NCBI GenBank assembly: GCA_030704615.1
Contig: CM060732.1
Location: 68,262,001-68,326,000, forward strand
DNA: 64,000 nt
Reading direction: 5' to 3'
Source: Takakia lepidozioides
Lineage: Eukaryota > Plantae > Bryophyta
Under the pieces are notes generated by a model. That model worked only from the letters and a program-made list of their open reading frames with translations, ran no database searches and had not been told where the DNA came from. The translations under genes and the position numbers were made by a program. Shown here in pieces: positions 1 through 12,834 of the stretch. Positions within the stretch are counted from its first letter, which is position 1, and every line of letters starts with the position of its first letter.

Positions 1-2990
1 GTGGCCAGTCACCAGCGTAAGTTGACTGGTTGTAGTCAGTTCAGATACATTCTTGGTCGCTTGTACAAAATGGCGCATTGTTAGAAGTGATGACTCAAGG
101 ACCGCATACCCTTTTCTCTTGTCCTTTTTCTTGTTTTCTGCTCTTCTGCCCTTGTGGCTAAGATCACATGAACTGGCTCCAATAGGTACTTTCCAGAGCT
201 GATGGCCTCCTGACTACAGTTGGCCATGGATTGTTATGAACAGGTCAGCGCTATTTATTGCTTTTTCCTTGCTGGCTAGGCTCTATGCGAGGAAGCCTAC
301 TATGTAATAGGTGTGAGAAAGGGTTGTACAGCTCATGCCAAAAACTGGCTGCAAGCCTAGTTTATTTCCACATGTGATATGGTCCATCACAGTATGAAAG
401 AATATAACACTGGGAGGAAGCAGAGTTGTCTTCCACCACAAACAGTGGTTGGACATCAGACTAATGATTTGACTGCAACAAAATTGAGGTCAGTACATCT
501 GGTTGGAAAGTATATTTGGGTATTGTCTATTCATGGCTGAAAGTTGCTCAATCCTCTCTGGATTGCCAGTCTAAGGTTCACAAGATATGTGTGTCTAATA
601 ATGGGCTGTCAAATTTCTTGTCATGGTGTAAAGTGTGCATAATAATCACATGCACCAAGCATACCAATACTTGGAGCAAGTCCTGCAAACCTTGATGAGT
701 ATCTGATTGCTGAGAAATGCAATCGAGAAATGTCTGAAGGTGTACAATAGTCCTTCTCATGATGCAGACAGGGACCTTGTCCTTCAGGTAATGGCCCAGC
801 AAGAGCATCCGTGATACACGGGGTACATCTCATGTCGTGAGATATTATGATCGCCAGGTCGTCTGCTGACCTGCAGGGATTGGCGGGGTGATCGATGCCG
901 CCAAGTTTGTGTGGAGATCTGTTGTCGAGCACACATACGGCGACCTCACACGCGACTGGTGTTGGAGCACAAACACTAGGCTCATGAGCTTGTGACATGG
1001 CCCAATAGGAACGCTAGCAAGCACCGTCAAAACTCCCCGCTCTTACCATTTGTGGCTTCCTGCGGAACCGCTTGCATTCTCTTAAGCTGGATTTCACGTT
1101 TGCCATCTAACCATGTCATGATTAGAACGTGGCAGCAACTAGAGCACCTTTGTCTGTTTCTTTCCCATCTCAGAAGCTTCATAGTCTCCACTCCTAGGTT
1201 GTCCACCCCCAATTTACTTTCAATGCAGTCTATGAGCCCGCAGTCCGATCAAGTCCCAACATCTCCTGAAGCGCACTGGGATCTCCTTGGTTGATGGATG
1301 GGAGGGAAGCATGTCAAGCTTCTTCTCCCCCACATAGGTTTGTTGATAAGTTCTGATACATCTCCTTTCAGCTGTAGCTGGCACATTTAACTATCCGGGA
1401 GGGTTAGAATATGCACCAAGGTAGCCAGAGAGAGAGAGAGAGGGGGGCGGTCTAACAGAGGCTAAGTTAAATAGATGGATGGGAACGGGGCATGGACGTT
1501 CAACGCTGACGGACATCAAGTCAAAGGGGTGCCAGGACTGAGATTCGCGATGACAACGCCGTCTGTACGCGAAAAGCCAAGGAAGGCGAAGGGCATCCAT
1601 CGTGGCAGCCTCGTGGGCTTCATATAAGTGGTAGCCGCGAAGTCCGTGGGCAAACGATATGGGATATATCGCAGCTGCCCTCATTTATGGAGAAAGGACA
1701 CCTCGCTGTACATCTGGCTTGGGTGTGGTAGCCCCCTCACCTACATAGGCTTTATCTTGTCCACTCGGGTTTGCATTCCTCCTTGTAATGGCCCACAAAG
1801 GACACTTTGGCATTAACGCTTCAATGCTGCAAGAATAGCAACTCACTCCTGGTCACTCAAACTATGCGGTGCGTATCATCGATACTGCCATAGGTACTCT
1901 CTTGGACTGTGCTCGGTTACTATGCAAATGAGAATGACTCGACCAAATTGATGCTTGTTTTAGTGATGAAGGCCCAAGGGTACTTACCATGTAACTAATC
2001 GCACCTTCCGTCGTAAGCAGATTAGTATGTTCTAATGTCTATCCCACGTCACCGGCGTGTACTTTACTTGCATTTGCCGATTGTTGCGACATGGCATATG
2101 CGCTACCAACCAACTGAACTTTCATGGGAACCTCATGTTTTCTTTACTATATGACAGTTCGGGACTGAAAGCCTCCACACTCACTGAACGCGAGGGATTG
2201 ATTATTAGTTACGTGTTGTTTTGACACTCAGCTGAATAATGTCGTCACAAGTATTTTGGAAGGAAGTAGGAGAGGATATATCCCATAACGTTTGCCACTA
2301 ATAGCGCAGCCGAGCAGTATAAGTAGTTAACTCAGCTGTGGAGGGATGGGAAGACAGACAGCGCAAGGGACGAGCGAGAGCGCGGCGGCGGGGCCGCAGA
2401 TCACGCGTGGCGCGCGGGCGGCACCAACTCGAGACCGACAACGTGTGGATGGATGGATGAATGGTTAGTAGGCATCCATGATCCATCTACCTGCTGCTTC
2501 AGTGCTTGTCCGGATGATTTCAAATCGTTGGCGAACTGCAGGGCTGGTCCCCACGTGGCACAAGTTCATCTCGCGCCGTGGGCCCATATCCATCCATCTC
2601 GCCGACGACGGTTGTAGGATATGTCATCCGTCCATGCCCGAAACTTCAAAGGTTGGGTTTGTAAGCGGAGACCACAATGCCGTTATATATTTGTGTGTGT
2701 TGTTAAACAGCCGGGAAAATGAGTGACCCCTTCCATTCAAACAGGAGTCCCTTAAGCAAATACAAAGGAATGCATAAAAATAGACTAGAATTGTTGTGGG
2801 ACTTGGGAATTGACCCATGAAAGTGTGGGGTCAATCTTGTGGTACCCCGGATTAATTTGGGTCAAACAGGAAGGAAAGAAGAAGGAAAACAAGGGAAAAG
2901 TAACAGAAGGAGAGACTCTCGAGAGATGACTTGTGTGTGGCCTTGGGTGGTGTGCGAAGATTTTGCGCAGAATGTGTGGGTGATGTGTAA

Positions 2991-2991
2991 G

Positions 2992-3043
<52 letters not shown>
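2991..3043. repeat. (AGAT)n/(AG)n microsatellite
   Basis: gtagatagat followed by ~21 perfect AG units. Confidence 0.95.
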
Positions 3044-3045
<2 letters not shown>

Positions 3046-4359
3046 AGTAGATTAGATTGGAAAAAGATTCTGGGCTTATCAGATCTCGTCCAGTGTTGTT
3101 GTTGCCGTGCATGCAATTCTGTTTCCGCTTCTGACAATCGGCCCCCACATGCCCAGTGATATGCCGGCAGCTTCGCCTCGTTCATCACTTTTCAACTTGC
3201 AGGTGCGAAACTGTTCCTTGCACTTCATTCATCAGCAGGCTCCTTCTCCTGGGAGATGTGGAGAGCTGCGTTGTGGGGCCCCTCCAAGTTCACGAACTTG
3301 TCACGAACTTGTTCCTCACCGTCCAACTCATCAAGTACCATTTGTTCCCCTCCCTTGATCTTCTCCGCCTCTGACAATCCTCCCTCCATGCCCTGTGGAC
3401 GACTGCCGGAAGCTCACCTGCTTGCTTATCGTGCGGCCGAAGCTGCTCCAGTCCTTCCACTTCTGAAGTTCTGCGAGGAGGAGAGAGCTCGACAGTTCGA
3501 GCTGCTTGTGGGGCCAGGCCAAGGCTTCCAGCATCTAGGCACCTAGACACTTTTGGACGCTATCTGCTCGGCAGGAGGCAGCTCCTTGATCGTCGCTCTG
3601 ACCTCATCTCCGCCTTGAGGCTTGGGCTGTGGAATCTGGGAAGCTGATGCGTCAGGTCATGCGTGAACACTGAAGACGAGCTCTTCACACGAAAGCCCCA
3701 CTAACTTACTTTGCTGTCTGTCCTTGCCTGCCTGCAATCAAAGCCAAAAAACAAAGCCTTCTCAACGCCTGCGGCCCCACACGTCCTCAGATTTCATTCC
3801 ATACTGCCCGTTCCGCCCGTTCTGCCCGTTCTAATAATAATCCTTTTCGAATCATACTGAATCTATGGCTACAATTAACGAAGAGAATAATTCAACTTTC
3901 ATTAAATTCTACGGGATCCTGCCCAGATACGTAGGTACACCTACGTATTAACGACGTATACTATCCACGTGTATCCTCATCCATCCGGTTGCAGCGCACA
4001 TTTTTGTTGTTGGTCACCAGTGTTCATCCAGCCTCTGTCATGATACTTTCATTTACTAGTCATCCATCCAATATAGTAGTTGGGCGAAGCCAGTAGAGTA
4101 AAGGCGGGCCGTGTGCCGGAATATTTGTTGTCGGCTGTCGGGACGCATCGGACACTTCAATTGGCGGTATGTCGGAGGCGACGATCCGACGTCAGAATAA
4201 ACGTCAGCGACAGACGGAGTCCGTCAACGTCGGTGATCGTCAGTCGTTTCTGGCACCCGCGTGTGCTGCCCACTCGCCCACCTGCCCTCCGGTTTCGCCA
4301 TTATAACAACTTTTGTTTCGATTATAACGATTTTATATTTACTTCTAATTCCAGATATT

Positions 4360-4620
4360 TCCAAACAGAAAAGTGACCTTCTTCTCAAAGCAAGTTTTGT
4401 TTTCTTGGAGGAATCCATGGATGAAGGCAAATAGCGTTATTTACTGCTGCAATTAATTTAATTTAAAAATATTTCTATATATTTCCCGAATTTTTCCAAA
4501 CACAAATCCTTTGTTTCAAAGTAAGTTTTTGTTTTTTGGAGGAATCATACCATGAGTTTTACTGACGGAGAGAAATAGCATGTTATTTACTGCTGAAATA
4601 AATTTAATTATAAAACATTT
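4360..4620. repeat. Two degenerate direct copies of a ~130-bp AT-rich unit
   Basis: ttccaaaca...tcaaag(c/t)aagtttt...ttggaggaatc...aaatagc..gttatttactgctg..aatttaatt occurs at ~4360-4475 and ~4493-4620. Confidence 0.8.
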
Positions 4621-7029
4621 TTTGTTCGTGTAAATTTTCACAGTCAGTCAATGTGACTCGGACAAAGATGCCCGCCCTGAAAGCAGGGATGCTGCCCATT
4701 CGCAGAGCCCATCACGATTCACATCCCACACTAGAGTCCAGTAATAAGCAGGCTGCTCCGACTAAGTCTGTTGAAGCATTGCATTGCAGCTTTGGGTTCC
4801 CCGCATCATCTTCCCAACCTCAGATGCAACCGCAGTTATCCTCAGATGATGATTGAAAAAATCACACACAGAGCAGTGGCGGTCGCAGGTGTTGTGTGCA
4901 TGAAGCAAGAGAGAGAGAGAGAGAGAGAGGGAGAGGGGGATTGGTGATGAGAGCAAGCCACTTTGCATTTAGTGTCAGGGTCCACCATCCCATGCAAAGG
5001 AGGGCTTTCTTCACGTGTCAAAAGACCGGTGGATTGGGCATCTTGACATTTCCTGCAGACAGGGTACAGACTCCAGAGCGGAGGCTAAGTTACCTGGAGG
5101 TGAGATTATGATGAGGCATGGCCCATGCCCTTGCAGATTTGTTTGGTATTATTCTACGAGTATTCTACTGGACTGCTGCTGCCAGCAGCAGTCCGACCGC
5201 ACATCAGCATTCCTCAAGAGAATGTACCGATTTACAAGGTCCGGGCAGAGGGTGGTACAGCGGCGTGAAGAGTCAGTGAGTCACCGCCTTGTCATTAATC
5301 ATGCGCCCAATTGCGGAGTCTGCTCGAGAGGTTAAAGTTAGTGCGGTAGTGGAATATCCAACATACATAATTCAGAATTCCACATTGTCAGGAGTGGTGG
5401 CAGACCGCGTAGCATCACATCGCGCAATCACTGCAATGTTTGTGCAACCTGCCACGTTGAGCCTGTTGACTTACAAGGTAGCATGAGTTAACCAGGTTGG
5501 ATATTGTTTTAGCACTGTGCATTCCAATATATCATTCTCTATTCTTGTTTTTCGAGCGGCACGAAAACAGATTGATGCATTGAAAAGTCCGACTAGCAAC
5601 AAGTTAGGGAGCGTGACCGTATATGTGAAGCACCTCCAAATTAGCATGACCACGACGCCCTTTCCGTGATTCTAGCTGAAGGTGATAGTACATCATTCGC
5701 TCGCTCTCTTTCTTTAGACTTCCTTCATGGCAAAGTCAGAATGCTCTCATGCTGTAGAAAGCCTCCGTACCCATCACTGTTTAACTTAGCAACCGTCACC
5801 CTTTTCCAAGTTTAGTACGATTCCGGGTTGATCGGACAATGCATGGATTCCAACTGCTTTCATCCACATACATGCCCCTTCCCATCCACCCTGGACAGGT
5901 GGGGTGAACTCTGCTTTCATGTCAGAGCCCACATGCGACTAGCACAAGGTTCACATGATCTGGGTATCAGGGGTTGGACTTGGTTTTATGATAGAGCCCA
6001 CGAATCGATCTTGCATACTAAAAAGATGTGGTCACACAGACGAAGTGAGTTTCGTAAGTGCAGACACCTAGATCATGACGACAGCGGTCCCCTCACCACC
6101 CATTTCTCAATGAAACAATCTCCGTAAAGTTGCTTGGGATTGGGAGAGATTGCCATCACTCTACTCACGACTGACACTCTGAAACCAAGTCCGCTTTGGC
6201 AACAATATTGTGCGACAGGTCTGTTTGATGCATGTGAGACGACTTGCAGATGGCCAGATCCAGGACCGGCACGTTTGCTAATGCTCATGAGTTGATGTGT
6301 GACCTCCAGCTACCGACAGTCTCCACTCTCTCACCTATCTCTCATGACCCACATCAATCACCTGTGGTAAACTCAAGTTCAACTTCCTCTACTTACTCCT
6401 CTACTGCCTGCAATGCTACCAAATTGTTGGATTCTCGCCCCAACTGAAACTGCTCATAACTCTGGCTCTCATGAGGCGCTCTGTAAAGATGCAAAGTCCT
6501 GGTTTCTTCTTTCTCCCTCTCTCGTACACACGCTAATGATTCTCTCTCTCCCTCGAAACGCAGTCCCAAGCAAAACCCAAGAGCCCTTAAGTGTACTTAA
6601 GCAGGGCGAGGCAGTATCGATCATAGGCCACACCAAACTCTGCAGCCCCGCTCCTTCTCCCTCGCTTTGCGTGGGGCCCTCCCACCCACCTCACTATCTT
6701 TTACTCTCCTCTCTTCCCTCTTTTACTCCTCTGCACTTACCATCCAGTTACCTGTTTAGTAACCTATATTAATTTTCTCCAATATCACTTTCTTTTGTTT
6801 GCTTTTCTTCTCTTCTTTTTCTTTTTATTTTTTCCCCTTTCTTTCCTTTGTTCTTCTCTCTACTATTTACTACGGTGAAGTTGTATATACCGAGGTTTAC
6901 AGCTTGATCATTATTTTTATTTTTTTGCTGAAAATGTAATCAATTATTTTACGAAACAAATTATTCTTATATCCATGACATACTTATCTGTGAACGTACT
7001 GTATCATCTCATATTTACTCTCATTTTTA

Positions 7030-7220
7030 GATTGTTTAAATGGAACCACCCAAGTGAGGCCGCTTAAAACAGGAGAAAATAACCTCTTTCAAAGCAGCCT
7101 AGCAACCGCCCATAGGAAAGGAGAGAAAATTATACCATACCTGTCCAGGTAGCAGGATTTGAGCCCAGAATCACCTGGGTTCCACTCTGTGCACTATCCA
7201 ACCAACTGGTGGAATTACCT
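7030..7220 (-). mobile_element. Possible tRNA-derived SINE remnant
   Basis: The minus strand reads ggtaattccaccagttggttggatagtgcacagagtggaacccaggtgattctgggctcaaatcctgctacc: degenerate A-box/B-box spacing and a T-arm-like stem, but no complete cloverleaf. Confidence 0.3.
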
Positions 7221-9830
7221 ATATTTATAGAAAAACAGTAATTTAAATAAATAAGATAATTTACCTTAAGGGACGGGCCTCCCTGGATCCCAGGTGTTTC
7301 CCTTGTTGTAGTATAGAGAATAAAAACCAAAAAATAAAAAATAAAAAATGTGACATGTCACTAGTGATTGTAGTGCCCCAAGAGTCACCCAAGAGTCAAT
7401 TAGTCTGCTGGTTATTTTTTCCAATTTGCGTTCATCCATTAATAAATTTCCAGGGCCACTGTCCCCTGTTCCGGGAAAAAAAGAAAAAGAAAAAAGAAAA
7501 AGAAAAAAGAGTCAATTAGTAAATAGGAGTTGCATCGTATCACTTACTGGTGCCTAGTTATCGTCTACTAGTAATTATAAGTTTCCACCTGTTGTCATAT
7601 TTCTTTTTAATTAATTTGAGTAAAAGGGCCTCCGTCCTTTCTCTTAAATTTAAAAAACAAAATTGGAGTTTACTTTGAGTAAATCTGTATGTTTAGTTAT
7701 TTTATAATAACCACTACGCAGTAGTTACTGCCTTATACTATAGACTTGCCGCTTTATTACTGCTACTGTACGTCAAAAGGCGACGCGGCCGGCAGTTTGC
7801 CGGCACGGTGCCCATCTGTCAGGGCCCGCCTTATATAGCGGTCGCTGTCAAACTCACCTGCTATCGATATGGGATAATTGTCTGCCTGATTTGCCTTGTT
7901 TTCTGCGCATGCACTATACACTATACCTGCCCTTTTCTTTTTTTTTGTTTTTTTCCCTGCCTTACTATCACTATGGTTTTTTTTGCCTATGGCAAATAAT
8001 GTAGCCCAAGCTTAAGGAAAAAAAATCTAGTGTAGTTTTTCCTATGTCAATGCAGAACATAAGGTCAACCTATGTATTTCGTGGACATTTCATGATGAAA
8101 GGTTCAGATTTTATCTGGCCTTTCTTTTGAAGGGCCCTGATATTTTTGCTATTCATATTGAGCATTTTTGCAAGTTGAAGGGTATTGCAGTCTTCAAAAA
8201 TAAACACCGCCCAGATCCATTTATTTTCTGTAAGCAAAAAATTAAATTTCTAATAAAATATTTTTTCTCACCATTAATAAAATTTTAAATGAACTTTTAA
8301 AGGACCATGTATAATGCTAAGCTATGATGGTGGCACATCATAGGGACAGAGACATTATAATGGGATATAAATCTATACATATGAATATGTGATGGTGGAC
8401 TGGCTTGTGCAGCTTTGGATCATGCTGTGGGACCGTGAGCGGAATGGTCAATTTCCGCTCCCATGAGTCGTCGTGTAAGGCCTAATATGGGGGATGAAGT
8501 AGAAAATTAAATAAGCTGTGGTCTGATTTGCAGTCCCGCTTCTTCACCGATCCGCAAGACGTCATCCCATAATGTTTCGATGGTACTATTACTATATACT
8601 GCACCGGTTGGAGGCTTGTCCGCGCAAATGCTACGGTTTGTCGTAATCTAACATTGGCACGTCGCTCTCGCATTGCTATTCCACCCGAGCATGGAGGTCA
8701 ATGCTGCATTTACATTTTAAATGTACAGTTTAGTAATGGATTAACTGACCATGTTGGAACTTCTCTCAACATTGGCGTCGTATGCAACTCTTTACCCTCC
8801 ACACATCTTACGGCATTACGTGGCCCTCCCCAACACATGATTTCACAGACATACACTCGGTAGCGCCTATAAACGGTTGCAATATACCTTCACAAATGCA
8901 CGCAATATTATCCCGCAGTCTGTAGCGCTCCCGGGCTCGACGACATGACAGGAAGTGGCAAATTCTTCCTATTTCCAGTCATCGACAATGCTGACTCTCA
9001 CTAATTTCCAATAACCTAGAGCAGTCCGGTCGAAAGTGTACAAGAAGCTGAAATGCAGCCACGTCCCCTCGCCCGTCAGAAGACGAAAACTCCAGCCAAA
9101 GCAGGTGTAACTAAGAGCCACAAACAAACAAAATAAAAAGATACAAAGGAGACTTGTGAGAGTGTGTCCTCCAAGCTTCATGCCCTTCATCTTGGAATCT
9201 CTCCGGAGCAAGCTCACTCGCTCGATGCTTCCGAGAAACTGATCAAAGATGTGATCCAAGAGGCGAGGGCAAAGGAGATGAGGAAATACATCACAAAAGC
9301 ATGGGGCTCCTGCCTCACCTGCCCCCCTACTACACCTTCCCACTACCCTCCCTCCTCACTTTTTCCACTTTCCCCAAAATCTATTGCGGGGCCTTCCGCT
9401 TGCCATGACACGCATTCTTGTGTCCAATCCCGTAGTCAGTTCGAAGTTGCACTTGAAATGCTCGGAGCAAAAGCGAATTAGGTGAGGGGTTGTGCAAACA
9501 ATAATTGTTAATACGATGGATGGACGGCGACACAAATTGACGGTTAAAATCACACCCTTCCTATGGATTGTTTTGGATGAATATGCATGTGCCTGGATTC
9601 TTGACCCATTGTCCACAGCATGGACAGTGATGGATGAAAGTTCCGGCCACGACCGAGACGGCCGTTAGGTGGGGGTGCATGCTCACCCCATGGTAAGGAC
9701 GCTGACCTGTGCTTCATACCACCCTCTTGCCTCAACAATTGTAGGTACCAAGAAAGCGTGGGCTCGGCTTGCTGTTCCACCTCCTATCATGTGCCTTATA
9801 ATCCAATTGCGGTACGATAAGCGATTGAAC

Positions 9831-10005
9831 AGATTATCATCCTCGTCCGATAAGCCCATAATCCCACCAAGCAATAGTCCGTCCTAGCATACACAGATTA
9901 TCATCCTCGTCTGATAAGCCCATAATCCCGCTAACAGATAGCCGGTCCTAGAGTACCTACACACTGGAGATTATCATCCTCGTCCAATGAGCCCATAATC
10001 CCGCT
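9831..10005. repeat. Degenerate minisatellite: three copies of a 35-bp core (periods 64 and 73 bp)
   Basis: agattatcatcctcgtc(c/t)(g/a)at(a/g)agcccataatccc at 9831, 9895 and 9968. Confidence 0.9.
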
Positions 10006-10519
10006 GACGGATATAGCACACTGTTAGCGAATAACTACTTCGTAACTAAATTTGTGGACCGAAATTTGAACTTGTTGAAGCTTGTCCGTCTCCATCAACC
10101 ATTGGCCTTCCGGCCCGCTCATGATTATTATAACCACTCGCTTCACTAACTATCATCGTTATCCCATCATTGGCACCGCAAAATATTCACTCCACTCCAT
10201 CCGGGTGCGCATCGTAAAATGCATCAATTTCATCATTTCATGCATAATTAATTAAAATATATCTAAATTATGTAAAATGAGATTCTATCCGATCTTAGGA
10301 CTGATACTGGGAAGTTATCTGAGAAAAATAAAAAATGAAAATAAAAAGAGGGATGATCAAGGAAGGAAGGAAGGGTAAAAGGACAAAAGGGAGAAAGTTA
10401 CTGCAGTGAGAGGCGAGGCACATGGCGAGAGGAGGACAGGGCAGGGCGCGGCTGCCACGCACGCGCGGCCTGTGTTTGTGTTTGTGTTTGCGGGGTGCGG
10501 AGTTTTGCTGGACCCCTCT

Positions 10520-12834
10520 CTCTCTCTCGCTCCCACAAACTCTCGCACTCGCCCTGCCTTTACGGCATGTCGCTGCCTGTCTGACTCAAGATTCCAGTTG
10601 TGTTCTCGCAACGCCTCCATTCCATACAACCTCCTCGCGCTCTTGGGGTCTGCTTGGGTGGGAGGGTCGGGCCAATCTGATCTGACAGGTTCCTTCATTC
10701 TTCATTCTTCATTCCCCCGTTCATCTCTGGGGCTGCGTTCTGTTTTTTTTTTCGGGTTTGCACGGCTGCTCGGGTGGGTGTGGTGGATCCTGCCTGACAG
10801 TTTGGGAAGAGTTCGCAGGCTGCTGCATCTCGGGGTGTCTGTCTTGCCATCTTTGGGTTGGGTTTGCTTGTGTGGGTTCCTGCTTTTGTACACACGGGGA
10901 GGGGGATGCTGGCCATCTAACGGAATCGTGGCTGGAAAGTGGTTGGAAAGTGCTCGGTTGGAAAGTGCTGGGCCTTGACACAGATTATATCCGTTTTGCT
11001 TGTATCTAAGCTGTTCCTGTTCGCCGCTTTGCTTCACCGCTCTGGGGGTGTTGCTCTTTCTAGGAGTGTTTGAGTCCCTATATACCTTTCCCCGGTGCAC
11101 ATTCGTGCTTGCTCAGGCGTTGCGAGTGGGTTTGCCACCCGTTACCAGGTTTTCATCTCTCTCATTCTGCTTTCCCTTGTCAGGCTTGTTCTGGCTTTAT
11201 GTGGGTCCCACTCTCTGTGCATAATGTTTTCTTCTTCTCGCTGGCTGCGGGTTACCTCCCTCGATTCTTCGCTTTACGAGCCTTGCTGCTGTCGAATATG
11301 ACTTCTCCGGCCTCGCCTGCGCAAGCAGCCACATATGTGCCTGCCTGCGTGCAGCGGTTGTTGGGATTGTTGGCTTTTCGGATTTCCATGGTGCTAGAGC
11401 CCCCACCTGTCTCGTACTGCCGCCACGTCTGGCAAACGACATATCTTCACTGCCTATGTGCGGCTGTCTATTGTTCTAGGAGTGCATTGAGGACTAATGT
11501 TGTCCTTGCGTGAGGCCTTTGTAGGATGATAAGATTTCAGTTTTGGTGAGAAAATTTGGAACTTTTGCAGTCGATGGTCGCAGACCACAAGGTCTCAAGC
11601 CATTAGCTGGATCGGGTGGGTTTGATTAGCTTGAGACGAAGAATCTCGGGACAAGTATGGAAGGTGGCTCATTTGCTCATGACGGAGACCTGAGTCTTCT
11701 TTACGCTCGCTTGGTACCTCTTCGAGAATCACATGGAGACTTTTCGTTTCATAGGGCTTCTGAGAAGTTTCGCAATTTGGGTGGTTAATCTCCAAATTCC
11801 AGCATCGTGGAAGGGTCCTTTTCTGTCTCATGTTTCATTGGCCATGGATGCCATACTTCCTGATATAGTCAGCCTTTGGTGATTGCTTCCCTTTGACAGT
11901 TTTCCACGTTTCTGATGGCCGTCGCAATGCTTTTAAGCATTTCTTGGGCCTTTCCGGTTCCAATTGACAGGGGATTCTTCAGGAGTGGCTTTTCTTCTCG
12001 TTGATGCAAATTTTCTACTCCTTCCTAGGTCTTAAGGCCCAAATGCCCTTCATGATGGTTGATGGACTGAAAAGTAGAGCTGTAAGATCTGGGCACTCTG
12101 CACTTGAGATTTGGACACTCCTCCATACACTAAGTATTTGGGGAATGTGATTCCAAGCCTAATGTCTGTGCCCAGAACTCTTACTCTATGCACACCCAGC
12201 AAGCCTCATTCCTTTGCACTCTATCTCTCTAGTGTCCTTCTCATCACGGAGTCATACAGCCGCGCCCCTCCTTGACATTTACATCTTGTTATCAGTCTTT
12301 CGGGTCACTGCTTAGCATTTGGTTTTTTCCTGACATCATTTTTTTTCCTTTGCAGGAAGGGAAAAGGAGTGGCAGAGCCAAAAAGCAGGCACTTGAAGAG
12401 ACGAATTTGTGGGATACAACCTCATTATCGCATCAATGGCCTTATCTTGCAGCAATCTGGATATCTCTCCTGCGCTGCCTTACCCAACAGCCAGGAAACG
12501 CCCTTTGCTTAATAGATCGCTTTGACAGATGTCCAGTGATCGTTGAAAGCCTAGGTCCTAGTCTGGATTACTCAAGGCCATGTGCGTGCACTTACGGTGC
12601 CACACACTGTGAGGGATCGATCTGCATGTGGCATGACCAAGATAATTCAACCAAAATCTGCAGTTGGAAGGATCACACAGTGCTGTACAGCTGCCAGCCA
12701 TTCTTATAGTGGCACCTATGGAGTACCTTCTAGATTGAAAAGAAAGAGCAGATAGTTTGCAACAGTAATTGGAGGGTAGAGAGGGGAAGAGTGAGCACAA
12801 AGCAGGGTCAAACTGCTTGGGTGAGGGAAGGTGG
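10520..12834 (+). promoter_or_regulatory. Putative 5' leader of the AT1G64050-like gene: non-coding first exon (~10520-10688), ~1.67-kb intron, and a uORF-containing exon from 12356
   Basis: CT-rich tract at ~10515; donor-like cag|gttcct at 10688/10689; strong polypyrimidine acceptor ttttttttcctttgcag ending at 12355. The transcription start is inferred, not observed. Confidence 0.5.
12436..12525 (+). CDS. Upstream ORF, 29 aa (MALSCSNLDISPALPYPTARKRPLLNRSL); candidate conserved-peptide uORF
   Basis: First ATG of the leader exon, in ATGGC context; stops at TGA 12523-12525, 310 nt before the main ATG. Confidence 0.45.
   Translation: MALSCSNLDISPALPYPTARKRPLLNRSL

Noticed and set aside
1-1400. 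Possible minus-strand gene (ORFs 621-998, 845-1030 and an exon-like piece at ~110-230)
   Set aside because: I could not build a consistent spliced frame or recognise a family
3256-3546. DVL/ROTUNDIFOLIA peptide (EERARQF resembles EQRARFY)
   Set aside because: Lacks the YI.RRC..ML.CW core
7140-7220. tRNA gene (also the ggttcgaacc B-box at ~29418)
   Set aside because: No complete cloverleaf; at best SINE-derived
7712-8036. CACTA element starting cactacgca
   Set aside because: No convincing matching TAGTG terminus or 3-bp TSD
9164-9481. 105-aa ORF with a helical-looking segment
   Set aside because: No ATG start, no splice context and no recognisable homology; possibly a TE scrap
9831-10005. 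CRISPR array
   Set aside because: Only three repeats, the spacers are homologous to one another, there are no cas genes, and the context is eukaryotic
10357-11513. Cluster of 70-190-aa ORFs
   Set aside because: Low-complexity GT/CT-rich leader and first-intron sequence with no recognisable domains
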